Source: Octopus sinensis (lineage: Eukaryota). Taken from it: a stretch of DNA of 64,000 nucleotides. The position numbers and the translations under genes are program-made. Shown piece after piece: positions 1-10,380 of this stretch. The DNA lies in the NCBI RefSeq assembly GCF_006345805.1, contig NC_043000.1, positions 55,056,001-55,120,000 on the forward strand, read 5' to 3'. The stretch's first letter is position 1. The number at the start of each line of letters is the position of its first letter. The notes beneath the pieces were generated by a model that did not search any database, was not told where the DNA came from, and saw nothing but the letters and a program-made list of their open reading frames with translations.

Positions 1-117
1 GTTTGGATTAACTTTAACTATATATATATATATATATACATCAATATATACATAGTAAACATTATATGCAACAGAATGTGGCAGTCCTTAACATTTTTGT
101 ACTTTCCAAACATTTTT

Positions 118-297
118 GTCGCTAGCCACTACACATTCTTTATTTTCTCTCCTTGTTTATTTCTGCGTTCCTTTCTGTGGAAGAGTGTAGGCTCGAAACG
201 TTAAAGACTTTTTCACTTCACGAGCATTAAATTAATACATCTGTTTGTTATCTACACCACCTGTCTTTGTCTATTTTTTTTGGTGAATTCTCCCTAC
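118..297 (+). mobile_element. Solo PLE terminal-repeat (pLTR)-like non-autonomous element, HHR family 2, copy 1
   Basis: Clearly homologous to 1244-1416, 2442-2645(-) and 58076-58287(-). Ends at a (CA/TA)n tract. The 2442 copy is the 3' end of a GIY-YIG-bearing PLE. Confidence 0.7.
171..206 (+). ncRNA. Minimal type I hammerhead-like motif with variant core CUGUGGA
   Basis: CUUU-CUGUGGA-A-GAG(uguagg)CUC-GAA-ACGU-U-AAAG: stem I CUUU/AAAG, 3-bp stem II, palindromic ACGU stem III. Confidence 0.6.
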
Positions 298-305
298 ATA
301 CACAC

Positions 306-385
<80 letters not shown>

Positions 386-392
386 TTATGTA

Positions 393-444
<52 letters not shown>
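298..444. repeat. (CA)n-(TA)n compound microsatellite
   Basis: Direct inspection. Many similar tracts occur throughout the window and are not all listed. Confidence 0.95.
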
Positions 445-449
<5 letters not shown>

Positions 450-1182
450 GAAAGGGCGATAGGTAAGACTATATCCTTCCATGTTGAAAAAATAGATGCT
501 TTAATGAAACCTCTGTGATTCACGAATAAAACCTGTCCACGAGCTAGACGAGCAGAATAATTTTTTGAAAAAACAGTAAGGTAATCGTGCACTAAAGTAT
601 CGTGTTTAACTTACAAATTGAATAAATTGATTTTTTAAAAAATAATTTGATTTAAATTTGTCAAGTATGACCTTTTTCATCAAATTCTCTCCATATTTAC
701 GAGAATTATGAAAAAGTTTTAAAATATTGCCTTATTCGTCCACAACCATTCGAATTTCAAGATATAAAATTATTTCAAAATAAGAGTGATACAAAGCTAA
801 ACTTCCTTTCAGCAAGCTTCTATCTGACGGAAAATTCAAATTTGTAAAATTATTCTGTTCGTCTCGCCCGCTGAGAGCTTTTTTGTATCAAGGTGAATTA
901 TAGATGTTTCATTAATGCATCTATTTATCAACACGCAAAGAAATAATCGTTTCTGTCGCCCTCTCTTTTTTTATATACGTATATTTGAATTTGCTACCAG
1001 GCAGAAGTATGATGAAACTTGATAAGGAAGTTTTGCTTTCTTTCACTCTTATATATTTACATACATATATACATATATATGTATGTATGTATATATATAT
1101 GTGTATATATATATATATATATATACATACATGTATATACATATATACATATACATATATACATACATATATATGTACACAC

Positions 1183-1238
<56 letters not shown>

Positions 1239-1243
1239 TATAT

Positions 1244-1416
1244 TTAGCTACTAACATTATTTCTTTTCTCTCCTTGATTCTTTCTGTTTCTTTCTTTGGA
1301 AGAGCGTAGGTTCGAAACGTTAAAGACCTTTTCACTTCCCGAGCGTTAAACTAATACATGTTTGTTTTCTACACCATCTGTCTTTGGCTTTCGTGTTTTG
1401 TGTGTGAATCCACCCT
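1244..1416 (+). mobile_element. Solo pLTR-like element, HHR family 2, copy 2
   Basis: Homologous to 118-297. Bounded by (TA)n on both sides. Confidence 0.7.
1289..1326 (+). ncRNA. Degenerate hammerhead-like motif (core CUUUGGA, G5 mutated)
   Basis: UCUUU-CUUUGGA-A-GAG(cguagg)UUC-GAA-ACGU-U-AAAGA. Confidence 0.45.
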
Positions 1417-1493
1417 ATATATATGGGTGTATGCGTGTGTTTATATATATATGAGTGCATGTGTCTGCATATAGGTATATATATGTACATACA

Positions 1494-2376
1494 TATGGTG
1501 AGATAGGTAAATTGTCGCCATTTTATATTTTTCATTTCGAGCATGCGCATTGTTTATTTTTATTCTGTCGACTACTAACTGTAGTAGGGCCAGTTGGGCA
1601 CCGTCTGTGAGAAAATCAGCAGCATGACGCAATTCACTCAGCCAGATATTTGTAACTGATATGCTGTACTTCTTGGCATTCGTGTCGGAAGCTCCAATAC
1701 GAACATTTGTGAGTGGTTGACTGTCAGTTGGAGAACAGTTCAATCTAACGACATATACCGAGTGTAACAGAAATCAAACATCCAGTCAACATTGTGGTGT
1801 TTGGAGTGATCACTCGTGATGGCGACGTTATGCCCCATTTATCTTCCCACACCGCCTCGGACTCAACACGAAGGCCTAAATCAATTGCCTGGAAGGTAAT
1901 GTGCTGCTATGTTTCAAGAGGGTGGTTGCTGGGAAATGCTGTCTAGCAACAGGACTCTGCACCATGCCGCTCATGCAGGAGAACCCAGTCTTGGCTGTCA
2001 GACAATTTTTGCGACCACATTACCTCTAAACTCTGGCCAGCTGACTTCCTAGTCTGTAATCACCTTGTTTATTATACGTGGGGCGCAGCTGCGCAACATA
2101 CCAACGAAACTCCTTTTAACACCATAGATTAACTGAAAGCACCGATTTTGACAGCATTCAGCAACTTAAGCAAGGGGGCAGTCCAGATGAGTTACTGGAG
2201 TTCCGGAATCTTCTGGAGGCTGTAGTTGAAGCCAATGGCGGTTTTATTGAGTAAATTTACTCTTTAGAGTTTGAAAATATTTTTATGTAATTATGGTAAA
2301 TGTATCTTTTGAAATGAGATGCCCGTGTTATTTTTATTTTGTGTAATTTGGACAACAATTTATTTACCACACCCTG
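1494..2376 (+). mobile_element. Internally deleted maT (DD37D) IS630/Tc1/mariner-superfamily transposon relic
   Basis: N-terminal MTQFTQPDICN*YAVLLGIRVGSSNTNIC..TVQ (HTH-like) is fused to catalytic remnants QQDSAPC..WPADFLVCNHLV, with 37 residues from the second D to the decayed third-D position. Right end ...CCACACCCTG-TA; imperfect left TIR ggtgagataggtaaattgtcgcc. Confidence 0.7.
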
Positions 2377-2435
<59 letters not shown>

Positions 2436-2540
2436 ATATATAACGGGAAGCTTTATGAAAATAAACAAAAGACGAAGGCAGGTGGAAAACAAACGAACAA
2501 TTGTATTAGTATGGCGCTCAGGAAATATAAATAAAACAAG

Positions 2541-2578
2541 TCTTTAACGTTTCGAGCCTACGCTCTTCAACAGAAAGA
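2541..2578 (-). ncRNA. Minimal type I hammerhead-like motif with variant core CUGUUGA
   Basis: Reverse complement: UCUUU-CUGUUGA-A-GAG(cguagg)CUC-GAA-ACGU-U-AAAGA; 5-bp stem I. Confidence 0.65.
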
Positions 2579-2760
2579 TACACAGAGAGAAAAACACAGA
2601 AAGAAGGAGAGAAAAAAATGCGTGCAGTAGCTAACGAATCAACGTGGCGATCTGATTTCGGCCAGAGGTCAAAGATCAAACATGAGACGAGAGAGCGAAA
2701 TAAGGGGAGATAATAGGGTTGATAAATGGGTTGAGGGACCAGCTAAAAGTGCGTGGGAGG

Positions 2761-3090
2761 GGTCTGGATGTGTGTATGTATAGGGTTGGTGTATGTATTA
2801 GTATGTATAAGGGTGTATGTGTGTGTGTGTGTGTGTGTATGAGAGAGTATTAGTGCGTAAGATTGGTCTGGACATGCGTATGTATGGGGTTGGTGTATGT
2901 ATTAGTATGTATTAGTATGTATTAGTACGTATTGGTATGTATAGGTATGTGTGTGTGTGTGTGAGAGAGTATAAGTGCGTATGCGGGGTCTGGACGTGTG
3001 TATGTATAGGGTTGGTGTAAGTATTAGTATGTACTAGTATGTATTAGTACGTATTAGTATGTATTAGTTGGTGTGTGTATTAGTATGGCA
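2761..3090. repeat. Higher-order minisatellite inside the PLE 3' region
   Basis: GGTCTGGA-led units start at 2761, 2865 and 2987 (periods 104 and 122) and contain TAGTATGTAT 10-mer tandems. Confidence 0.8.
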
Positions 3091-3124
3091 CATCATATGT
3101 GATGTGATGTGTAAAGTCATGTGG

Positions 3125-3430
3125 TGTAGTGAGGAGAAGAGGGGGAGGGGGAGAAGAGGGGGAGAGAAGGGGAGGGGAAGAAGAGGGAGAGGAGAAGGGG
3201 GAAGAGGAGAGGATGGGGGAGAAGGAAGGGGAGGAGGGGGATGAAGGAGGAAAGAGGGAGAGGGGGAGAGAGGGAGTGAGGGAGCAGAGGGAAGGGGAAG
3301 AGGGAGGGAGAAAGAGGGAAGAAGGGAAGGGGAGTAGGGGTGAAAGAATGAAGGACTGAAGAAGTAGGGGTCGGGGGGAGAAAGGATAGGTGAGGAGGGG
3401 GGAGAGGGGGGTTAGATGAGGAGGGGGGGA
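3125..3430. repeat. ~300-bp purine-rich (G/A) tract
   Basis: Almost pure G/A on the + strand; a similar tract lies at about 27050-27240. Confidence 0.85.
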
Positions 3431-3777
3431 GAGTTGAGACCAAATGGCGTATAAGAGCGAAGAGAGAAGATTAATTCCTGTTCACGGCGCAAACGGGAAT
3501 CCGGATGGCCTCTGTGTAAGGACAAACCGAACACAAATAGGTGTTGCAAGGAGTGACCGGTGGAGCGGAAATGGCGTGAGACCGGTGTGTCGTTCGCAAG
3601 GTGGATGTCACGAAGGTGTTCCGCGAACCGGTCAGCCAAGCGGCGTCCCGTTTGTCCGATGTACAAGGAATTGCAGAGAGAGCAAGAGATGCAATAGATA
3701 ATATTGCTGGAGGTGCAGGTGAAGGAGTGGATGATGGGATAGGGTCGATGGTGGGTGCTAGTGAAGCGGGTATACAA
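3412..3777 (-). CDS. PLE GIY-YIG endonuclease domain (open but 5'-truncated, RT missing)
   Basis: FTCTSSNIIYCISCSLCNSLYIGQTGRRLADRFAEH..VSRHF..REQELIFSLRSYTPFGLN is a typical PLE GIY-YIG with CxxC. Confidence 0.8.
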   Translation of the reverse strand: MYTRFTSTHHRPYPIIHSFTCTSSNIIYCISCSLCNSLYIGQTGRRLADRFAEHLRDIHLANDTPVSRHFRSTGHSLQHLFVFGLSLHRGHPDSRLRREQELIFSLRSYTPFGLNSPPLLI

Positions 3778-4875
3778 ACATATATATATATATATATAGG
3801 TAGATAGATACTTCTTGCTTCATGTTATTTTTACACGCTATATGTTTGTGTGCATAATTCTCAATAAACTAATTCTGAGATTATTTACGAAAAGAACCGT
3901 CCAACCGAATCTAGGGCCTATTTAATTTATGGAATTATTGTTTCAACTAAACGTCCATTGGAATCAAGCATCACCATCTTGATATAATGAAATGATATGA
4001 AATGCACTTTCAAGTATTTAGCTCCCTGCTTTCTTTTACCGTATCCATAGTGGTGCTATAAAATCGATCACTGGAATATTTCGATTTTTTTTTTAATTAT
4101 TGAGATTTTAGATAAATGCATTTTAATATATATTGCATTTCTTGTTTCCTGTTTCTGTATTTATCGCAAATAATTCCATCGTTTCTAAACTGCAACCGTA
4201 CTTTTGGCATTTGATCAAGCGTATTTTTGAAAATATTCCTTTTAACATACTTCTTTCCCACGCTTTCATGGAAAAACTTTTTATTCTTATTTTCTATTCT
4301 TTTTCTTCCTTTAAGAACATAAACTGTTACACAGCTGCAACTTTCTTACAATAAAGACCGTTCCAATTATTCTAGATGCAAATTGCAATGAAGTAGAAAG
4401 AACCGGTGCATTTATTGTAAATCAATAAAATAAATTGCCTAGACAGTAAGCTGTGTGCTGCTTTTGAATCATATGCAATTAAAGCTATTAAAACTCTGAA
4501 ATGTATTTCATGTACACCATACTGTTGCCTTCTTACTAAAATGAATGGATGAAATTATATTTCTAGACAATATATTATTTTTGATGTTTCTTTATTAAAT
4601 AAAAAATGAAAAAATAAAATTCATGTAAACCCTATCCAAATCAGGTATTTCAACATTTCTTGCTTTACAAATAGGAAATACCTCTTATGTATACCCTTAG
4701 GTGGAACGGATTTCACTTCGCTGATATACAATATAATATAATATATGTATATAATTTATATGTTTGCCCATGCATGTGTGTGTGTATGTTTGTGTGTGTG
4801 CGTGTGTGTGTGTGTGTGTGTGTACCCGAAGTTTAATCCGAAAGCAATGCAAAAGAGAGCAGAAGTATCTATGAC

Positions 4876-5140
4876 GTGAAAGTGCGTGGCTTGCTGGTTA
4901 GGGGATTCGACTCATGAACGTAACATCATGATTTCTGTTAGCGGCGAAGCGTCGTGTCCTTGAACAAGTCACATTATTTTACGTCGCCCCACTTCACTCA
5001 GCTTGCAAAATGCAGCTGTACCTGTAATTTAAAGAGACAGCCTTGTCTGAGACGCGTTGAATCCCGTTAATAGCTATCTTAATGGCACGCGTATCTCTGG
5101 AACGCTCATCCACTTGCACGTTAATTCCAGGAGCAGAATG
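4876..5140 (+). mobile_element. tRNA-derived CORE-type SINE (decayed)
   Basis: A-box-like gcgtggcttgctggttagg, then CORE-like gtgtccttgaacaagtcac. The head resembles the copy at 24730-24990(-). Confidence 0.55.
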
Positions 5141-5189
5141 CCATTGTTTCTTTCATTATTTATTGACTGACAAAGGTCGTTCAAATTGC

Positions 5190-6260
5190 ACCGTGTTGTT
5201 ACACTAATTTTGCATGTACACAGGAATATTAAGCGACGCATATTCTATCACAGTAGAGGCTTTTTCACCATGTTCGTGATTCTTCCACCATCTTCGAAAA
5301 GTTTAAGATTTGCATCATTGAATGCACATCATGACTATTTTCCTCTTATGCGTGACTGCGAATCGTTGTCAACGAAAATGTTCTTTATTGGTCCAAATAG
5401 GAACAAGTCGGACGTCAACAGACTCCGTCTGTACGATCTATGGTGGGGTGTCATTGAACATTACTATTTGGTAATTACTAGATTTATTTTCAAATATTTC
5501 CCACGATGAATAGGCACCATTTTCAGACTCATGTTCGGAGTCTTTTCCCTAATGGCCTTTCTTAGCTTTTTGAGTGCTTCTGTGCACCACTGACTCTTTG
5601 TGGTACCGCCACGTTCCGGGATATCAAAAAGATCGATGACCTTTTCCCCCTCCAAAATAGTCGTTGCCAAACGCAAACTCTTGAACATCTTAGAACCAAT
5701 AAAAGAGGAACAATTCAATTCCATGTACATAGCCTTTATCCCTGAATAATAAATTTACTTCGATGATCTCTCCCGTACAATCAGATCAGAAGCACTGCAT
5801 CTTTATTTTCAAAAGCCTCCAGCAGGTCAGGACAGCTTTTCACCTCGCTGGCTCAGATACCCATTTTTTGCAAACTTTCCAATGTAATGCGTCTACATTC
5901 CAGTTGTACAGCGAGCACAAGCACTGTAGTTCCTATATCCGCGTGAATCAGTTCGTTTTTCGATGGTGATTTGTGTTAGTGGTTTTAATTGAAACTCTCC
6001 CGGTGTCTCTTAAATGCTGGTTTCCACTTATTTTACTTTCTTCATTCATCTGTGCACATTGTTGTTGCTAATGTTATAAAAACTTCGTAACCTTCTGAGT
6101 GTGTTACCAGCTTCCACTTCCGCATTTCCAAGAACTCAAAAATAGCATATAGCTTCTAAGCGGAATCCTTTTCATGGTTGCAGGGAAGAACAGGAAAAAA
6201 TGTTCCTTTCAGCTGGAATTACTTCGGCAACATCTGAATTTGAAGGACTTATGTTAGTTA
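5190..6260 (-). pseudogene. Highly degraded mariner-family transposase
   Basis: Remnants KVCKKWV, EALKKLRKAIREKTPNM..VPIH and TSDLFLFGPIKN, with many stops and frameshifts. Confidence 0.55.
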
Positions 6261-7252
6261 ATGAAAAAGTTGTGCCAACTTATATTTTAGTTTCGTAGGT
6301 AGTCTCTATGTATACAAATGTGTGTATGCATAAATATATACACAGCAAATAAAGAAATTCGCAAAAGCAGGAAAGCTGTGAGGACAGTTTACAGAATCGG
6401 GTAAATACGCCTTTAGAAGGCGCCAGAAAAAGGGATCGGCAAACCTCCACAAAGATTCGAACGGGGCACATATCAATTTCCGGCTAAACGCGCTAAACCC
6501 TTTAACTAAGTGACTCCTGATAAAAAAAATTCCTTCTAATTATAATGTGAGAACATTTTGTAAATAAATTTATCAGCGCTGCGTGTGTGAGTAGTCTATA
6601 GGAGATAAAGGAATTCGTGAACACAAGAGAGTTGTGAGAACAGCTTAGAGGATCGAGTAGCATTATGTTGTCACATGCGGCGTTTATAAGTTAGTTTACA
6701 ACATGTGTGTGTGTGCTTGTGTGTGTATATGTTAGGATACACCGAAGGATTTAAATATATTCTAACATGGATGCCGTGAATTAGCTAAGAAACAATATAT
6801 GCATATACGTTCAGTTTCTCCTCCTTCAAATCAACTTTTCACAAGCCTGGGATCCATTTGTAGTGAGAACATTTGCGTACCTATTTCAACCATAAAATAA
6901 CATGCAAGTACCCCCGCTACACTATCTATAAAAATACCACTTCAGCGGACACTGATATGATCTACATTGACACAGTTTTTACGACAAACGGTTTGCTCTG
7001 CGTGATGGAAGAAATCCTGCCCTTAAATTAATATTTCCACAAAGAGAATAATCCCTTAGTCATTCATGACCGAAGAGTCTTTCTTAGATTGTGTTGATGC
7101 GTACATGGAAGTTATATTTATTTCAATGTTCTCTTTGACTTGCTTGTCATTTTTCTGGCGGAATATGAACTCGGAACTTAAAGACGGGGAAGAATTGTTG
7201 TTCAATATTATGTGCAACTTACTAACGCTTCTGCTAGCTCGACATCTTAAGA

Positions 7253-7290
7253 ATAACAACAACAGCAACAACAACAACAACAACAACAAC

Positions 7291-7338
<48 letters not shown>

Positions 7339-7350
7339 AATGATAATAAA
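7253..7350. repeat. (AAC)n-(AAT)n triplet microsatellite
   Basis: Direct inspection. Confidence 0.95.
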
Positions 7351-8138
7351 CCTATGTTCTTAATCAATAATACACTACGATAAATGTTTGGCAGTTACAG
7401 ACATATTTTTTATTCTTCTCAGATAGATATTTCTCTAGAATCATTTATTGGAATGCGTATGAAATGTTTGAAAGATATACAACAAAGATATTTGATAAAT
7501 CTAGTAAGAAACTGCATTCAAATAGCTCTTAGATACTTTGTAGACCATTGAATCTTGTTAATGGTAAAAAGAAATCGACCTAAAACCATCTTTTCTTGCA
7601 TTTCCTGCTTAGAACGTCTTTATACGTTCAGTATTGCCCAAATTTATTCATTTTCTCTTTCCATTCTTATTGTTATACAAATTGTGCGCATCTAACACGA
7701 AACAAATGGTGAACGAAATATATATGTATTTTCAATACATTAAAGCCAATTTTAAAATATAAAATGTGATAATCTATAATATTTGAAGCGGACAGAGAAC
7801 TCGACTTCAACAATTTTAGCCTGTTCTACGTTATTCCTGCAGTCGAAATTCTAATAACTGTCACTAACTCACTGCTATCGACAAATCAACAGCAAAATCA
7901 TAGTCTATTATTTCTACAGAATTATAATACTGTGTAATGTTTGTCACGCTACGTAGCGAAATGGTTTTCTCTACGAACATATTTCATCTGAAAAATTCAA
8001 ACAAAAAACTACAGTCACTCTGTAAGAAAGTACTTTTTTCAAACAAAATACTTTCAGTCACTCTGTAAGAAAGTACTTTATAGCAAACTGAATTTGTACC
8101 TTCTTGTCTGTATATGTTGCAATATTGAAAATAAGGAG

Positions 8139-8350
8139 AGCGGTGAACTGGCAGAAACGTTAGCACTCCGAGTGAAATGTTTAGTGGTATTTCATCTGTC
8201 TTTACATTCTGAGTTCAAATTCCCCGAAGTCGACTTTGCCTTTCATCCTTTCGGGGCCGATAAATTAAGTACGAGTTGTTTAGTGGGGTAGATCTAATCG
8301 ACTGGCCCCCTCCTCCAAAACTTCGGGTCTTGTGCCTAAGTTTAGAAAAG
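8139..8350 (+). mobile_element. tRNA-derived SINE, family A (monomer)
   Basis: Head ctggcagaaacgttagc, B-box gagttcaaattcc, conserved body gtcgactttgcctttcatcctttcggggccgataaattaagtac. More than 10 related units occur in the window. Confidence 0.8.
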
Positions 8351-8520
8351 ACTATCGAAAATAAGGGAAGACTTGTATAAATATGTATGATATTGTTTCG
8401 AAAAGAGTGTGACTCCAAGTTTACTACGCAGCAAGTGATTAAATATCATTTTTGCACAAAAAGACATAATATATTGATGACAAAAACGAATTCCCAGCAA
8501 AAGTATACATTATTTACATT

Positions 8521-8564
8521 ACACAACGTTTCGGCTGACATACCGTCCAGCCTTCTTCAGGTGT
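8521..8564 (-). ncRNA. Minimal type I hammerhead ribozyme, family 1 (intact core)
   Basis: Reverse complement: ACAC-CUGAAGA-A-GGCUG(gacgguaugu)CAGCC-GAA-ACGU-U-GUGU. Stem I ACAC/GUGU, stem II GGCUG/CAGCC, palindromic stem III, predicted cleavage after GUU. Confidence 0.8.
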
Positions 8565-8642
8565 TTTGGGGAAATTTCGAACCTGGGTTCTCATTCCAAA
8601 GGTATTTTTTGATGTTATTATTATTATTATCATTATTGTTCA

Positions 8643-8715
8643 AATCACTGCTTGGAATCGAACTCGGAATCTTGGGATTAGTAGCCCGCGCTCTTAACCA
8701 CTACGCCGTATTCCC
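8643..8715 (-). promoter_or_regulatory. tRNA-Ser(GCU)-like head with Pol III A and B boxes, inside the PLE pLTR
   Basis: Reverse complement: ggcgTAGTGGTTAAGagcgcgGGCTACTAATCCcaagattccGAGTTCGATTCC. Resembles the tRNA-Ser(GCU) D and anticodon arms (GGACTGCTAATCC) without the long variable arm. Confidence 0.7.
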
Positions 8716-8726
8716 GTGGAATGAAT

Positions 8727-10380
8727 TTAAGGGCTTATAAATCTAATATTTTTTCTATCCTTCCTTAATACTGGTTCCCATATGGTGCTCATATATGCAC
8801 TCGGTCTACTTATGAGGTTGTTGTGTCCTAGCATATGTGCTGCTTCTTTTAGTTTTCGTATTTTCCAGTGGTGTTCTCTGTCTATAATTTTACCTTCATC
8901 CCTCAGGGGGAGGTGGTCTCTATTTTTCCATACATGATCAGATATACCCGACTTATCAATATCTCCTCGTGTCACAGCTTTGCAACGTTCGTCTACCCTT
9001 TTTTGAGGAGGTGGCATGTTTCGCCTTTGTATAACCAACCACAGCTGCATGAAATGGAGTACACACAGTCTTTGGTTATATTCTCTTCTATTAGTGGTTT
9101 TACTCGAAGGAGATATTTGCGAAGTGTTGTATTACTCTTGAATTCTCTCCTGATGTCATATTAGCCACATATCTTTTGTATCTTTTCGGAGAGGCCTTTC
9201 ACATAAAGTAGACATACTGTGGACAGTTTATTGGCCTCATCCTCTGTTTTCTTCACAATTGAAGTGGGTAGTATACTTTTGGGGTAGTCGCTGCTTAACA
9301 GATCGTTATTGAGCTTGATCATTTCTTCGTGGTGTGTATCACGAGCGCTACTTATATTCTGTGTACGATGTTTTAGGCACTGAGCAATCCCTCTCTTTAC
9401 ACTGTATGGATGGTAGAAAATGAAGTTGAGGTATCGTTCAGTAAAGGTCAGCTTGCGGTATACGGATGTCCTGAATCCATACTTAGTGTGTGTTATTAAT
9501 ACGTCCAGGAATGCCAGCTGATTGTCTTTTTCCATTTGAACTGTATGGATGGCTTCATTGAGCTTACATGACCTAACAGCACTTGGACATCTTCTTGGTG
9601 ACGCCAGAGTATAAAGGTGTCCTCAACATATCGTAGCCATAGTGTCGGTTTTAGTGGTATTAATCCTAAAGCCAAATTTTCCAATTATTACATATATATA
9701 TATTGGATATTACCTGTGATAATGGCGAACCCATAGTTAACCCTCCCCTTGTCGATATATATCCGTGTCCAAACTGAAGTAGGTAGTTTCTACACAGAAG
9801 GTCAATATTTCCATCAAGTTTCTTATTGGTATACTAGTGCGTTCTTTTAGATGGGTGTCTGTCACTAGATTTTCTTGTATCACCGATAATGCCTCACCAT
9901 TTGTGACTTTTGTGAAAAGGCTTATCCCATCTAGACTCACCATCTGGCTGTATTCAATGGAGGTATCCTTGATCAATTCTGTGAAGTGGGTAAAATTCTT
10001 CACGTACGATGTTGATTTTCCTGCTACTGGACTGATTATATCAACAAGGAAGCGGCTCAGTGGATGACATGCTGAACCTCTACAGCTCACTCTAGGTCTT
10101 AATGGAATACCACCCTTTTGAATTTTAGGGAGACCGTACATGTGTGGTAGTTTACTGTGGTGTTGAGTCAGTTGTCTGTACTTCATTGGTGGAAAGTGAT
10201 CCTTGTTCTTGATCAAGATCTGTGACAACTTCCTCTCTGCTTTTACTTTGCTGTAGCTACCATCACTTATAAGACTTGCCAATTTTTCAGAATAGTCAGA
10301 CTTGTTCATCACCACTGTAGCATTTCCCTTGTCCGCTGGAAGTATTATGATGGAATTGTCACTCTGTAGTCTTTTGATAG
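8727..10380 (-). pseudogene. PLE reverse transcriptase plus GIY-YIG endonuclease (frameshifted)
   Basis: ILPADKGNATVVM, MYGLPKIQK..PLRP, VSLDGISLFTKV, MGSPLS, WLRYVEDTF (YVDD decayed), LAFLDVLI, VYRKLT, VYSISCSCGWLYKGET, SGISDHVW, RKLKEA. Confidence 0.9.

Larger units (their letters stand above)
2442..3780 (-). mobile_element. 5'-truncated Penelope-like element: GIY-YIG ORF, low-complexity 3' region, pLTR with HHR
   Basis: GIY-YIG ORF at 3412-3777, then a pyrimidine tract and minisatellite, then an HHR family 2 pLTR on the same strand. (TA)n at both ends. Confidence 0.8.

Noticed and set aside
8643-8715. tRNA-like sequences (also 46058-46132 and the SINE heads) as real tRNA genes
   Set aside because: Acceptor and T stems do not pair properly, the Ser variable arm is missing, and they sit inside repeats.
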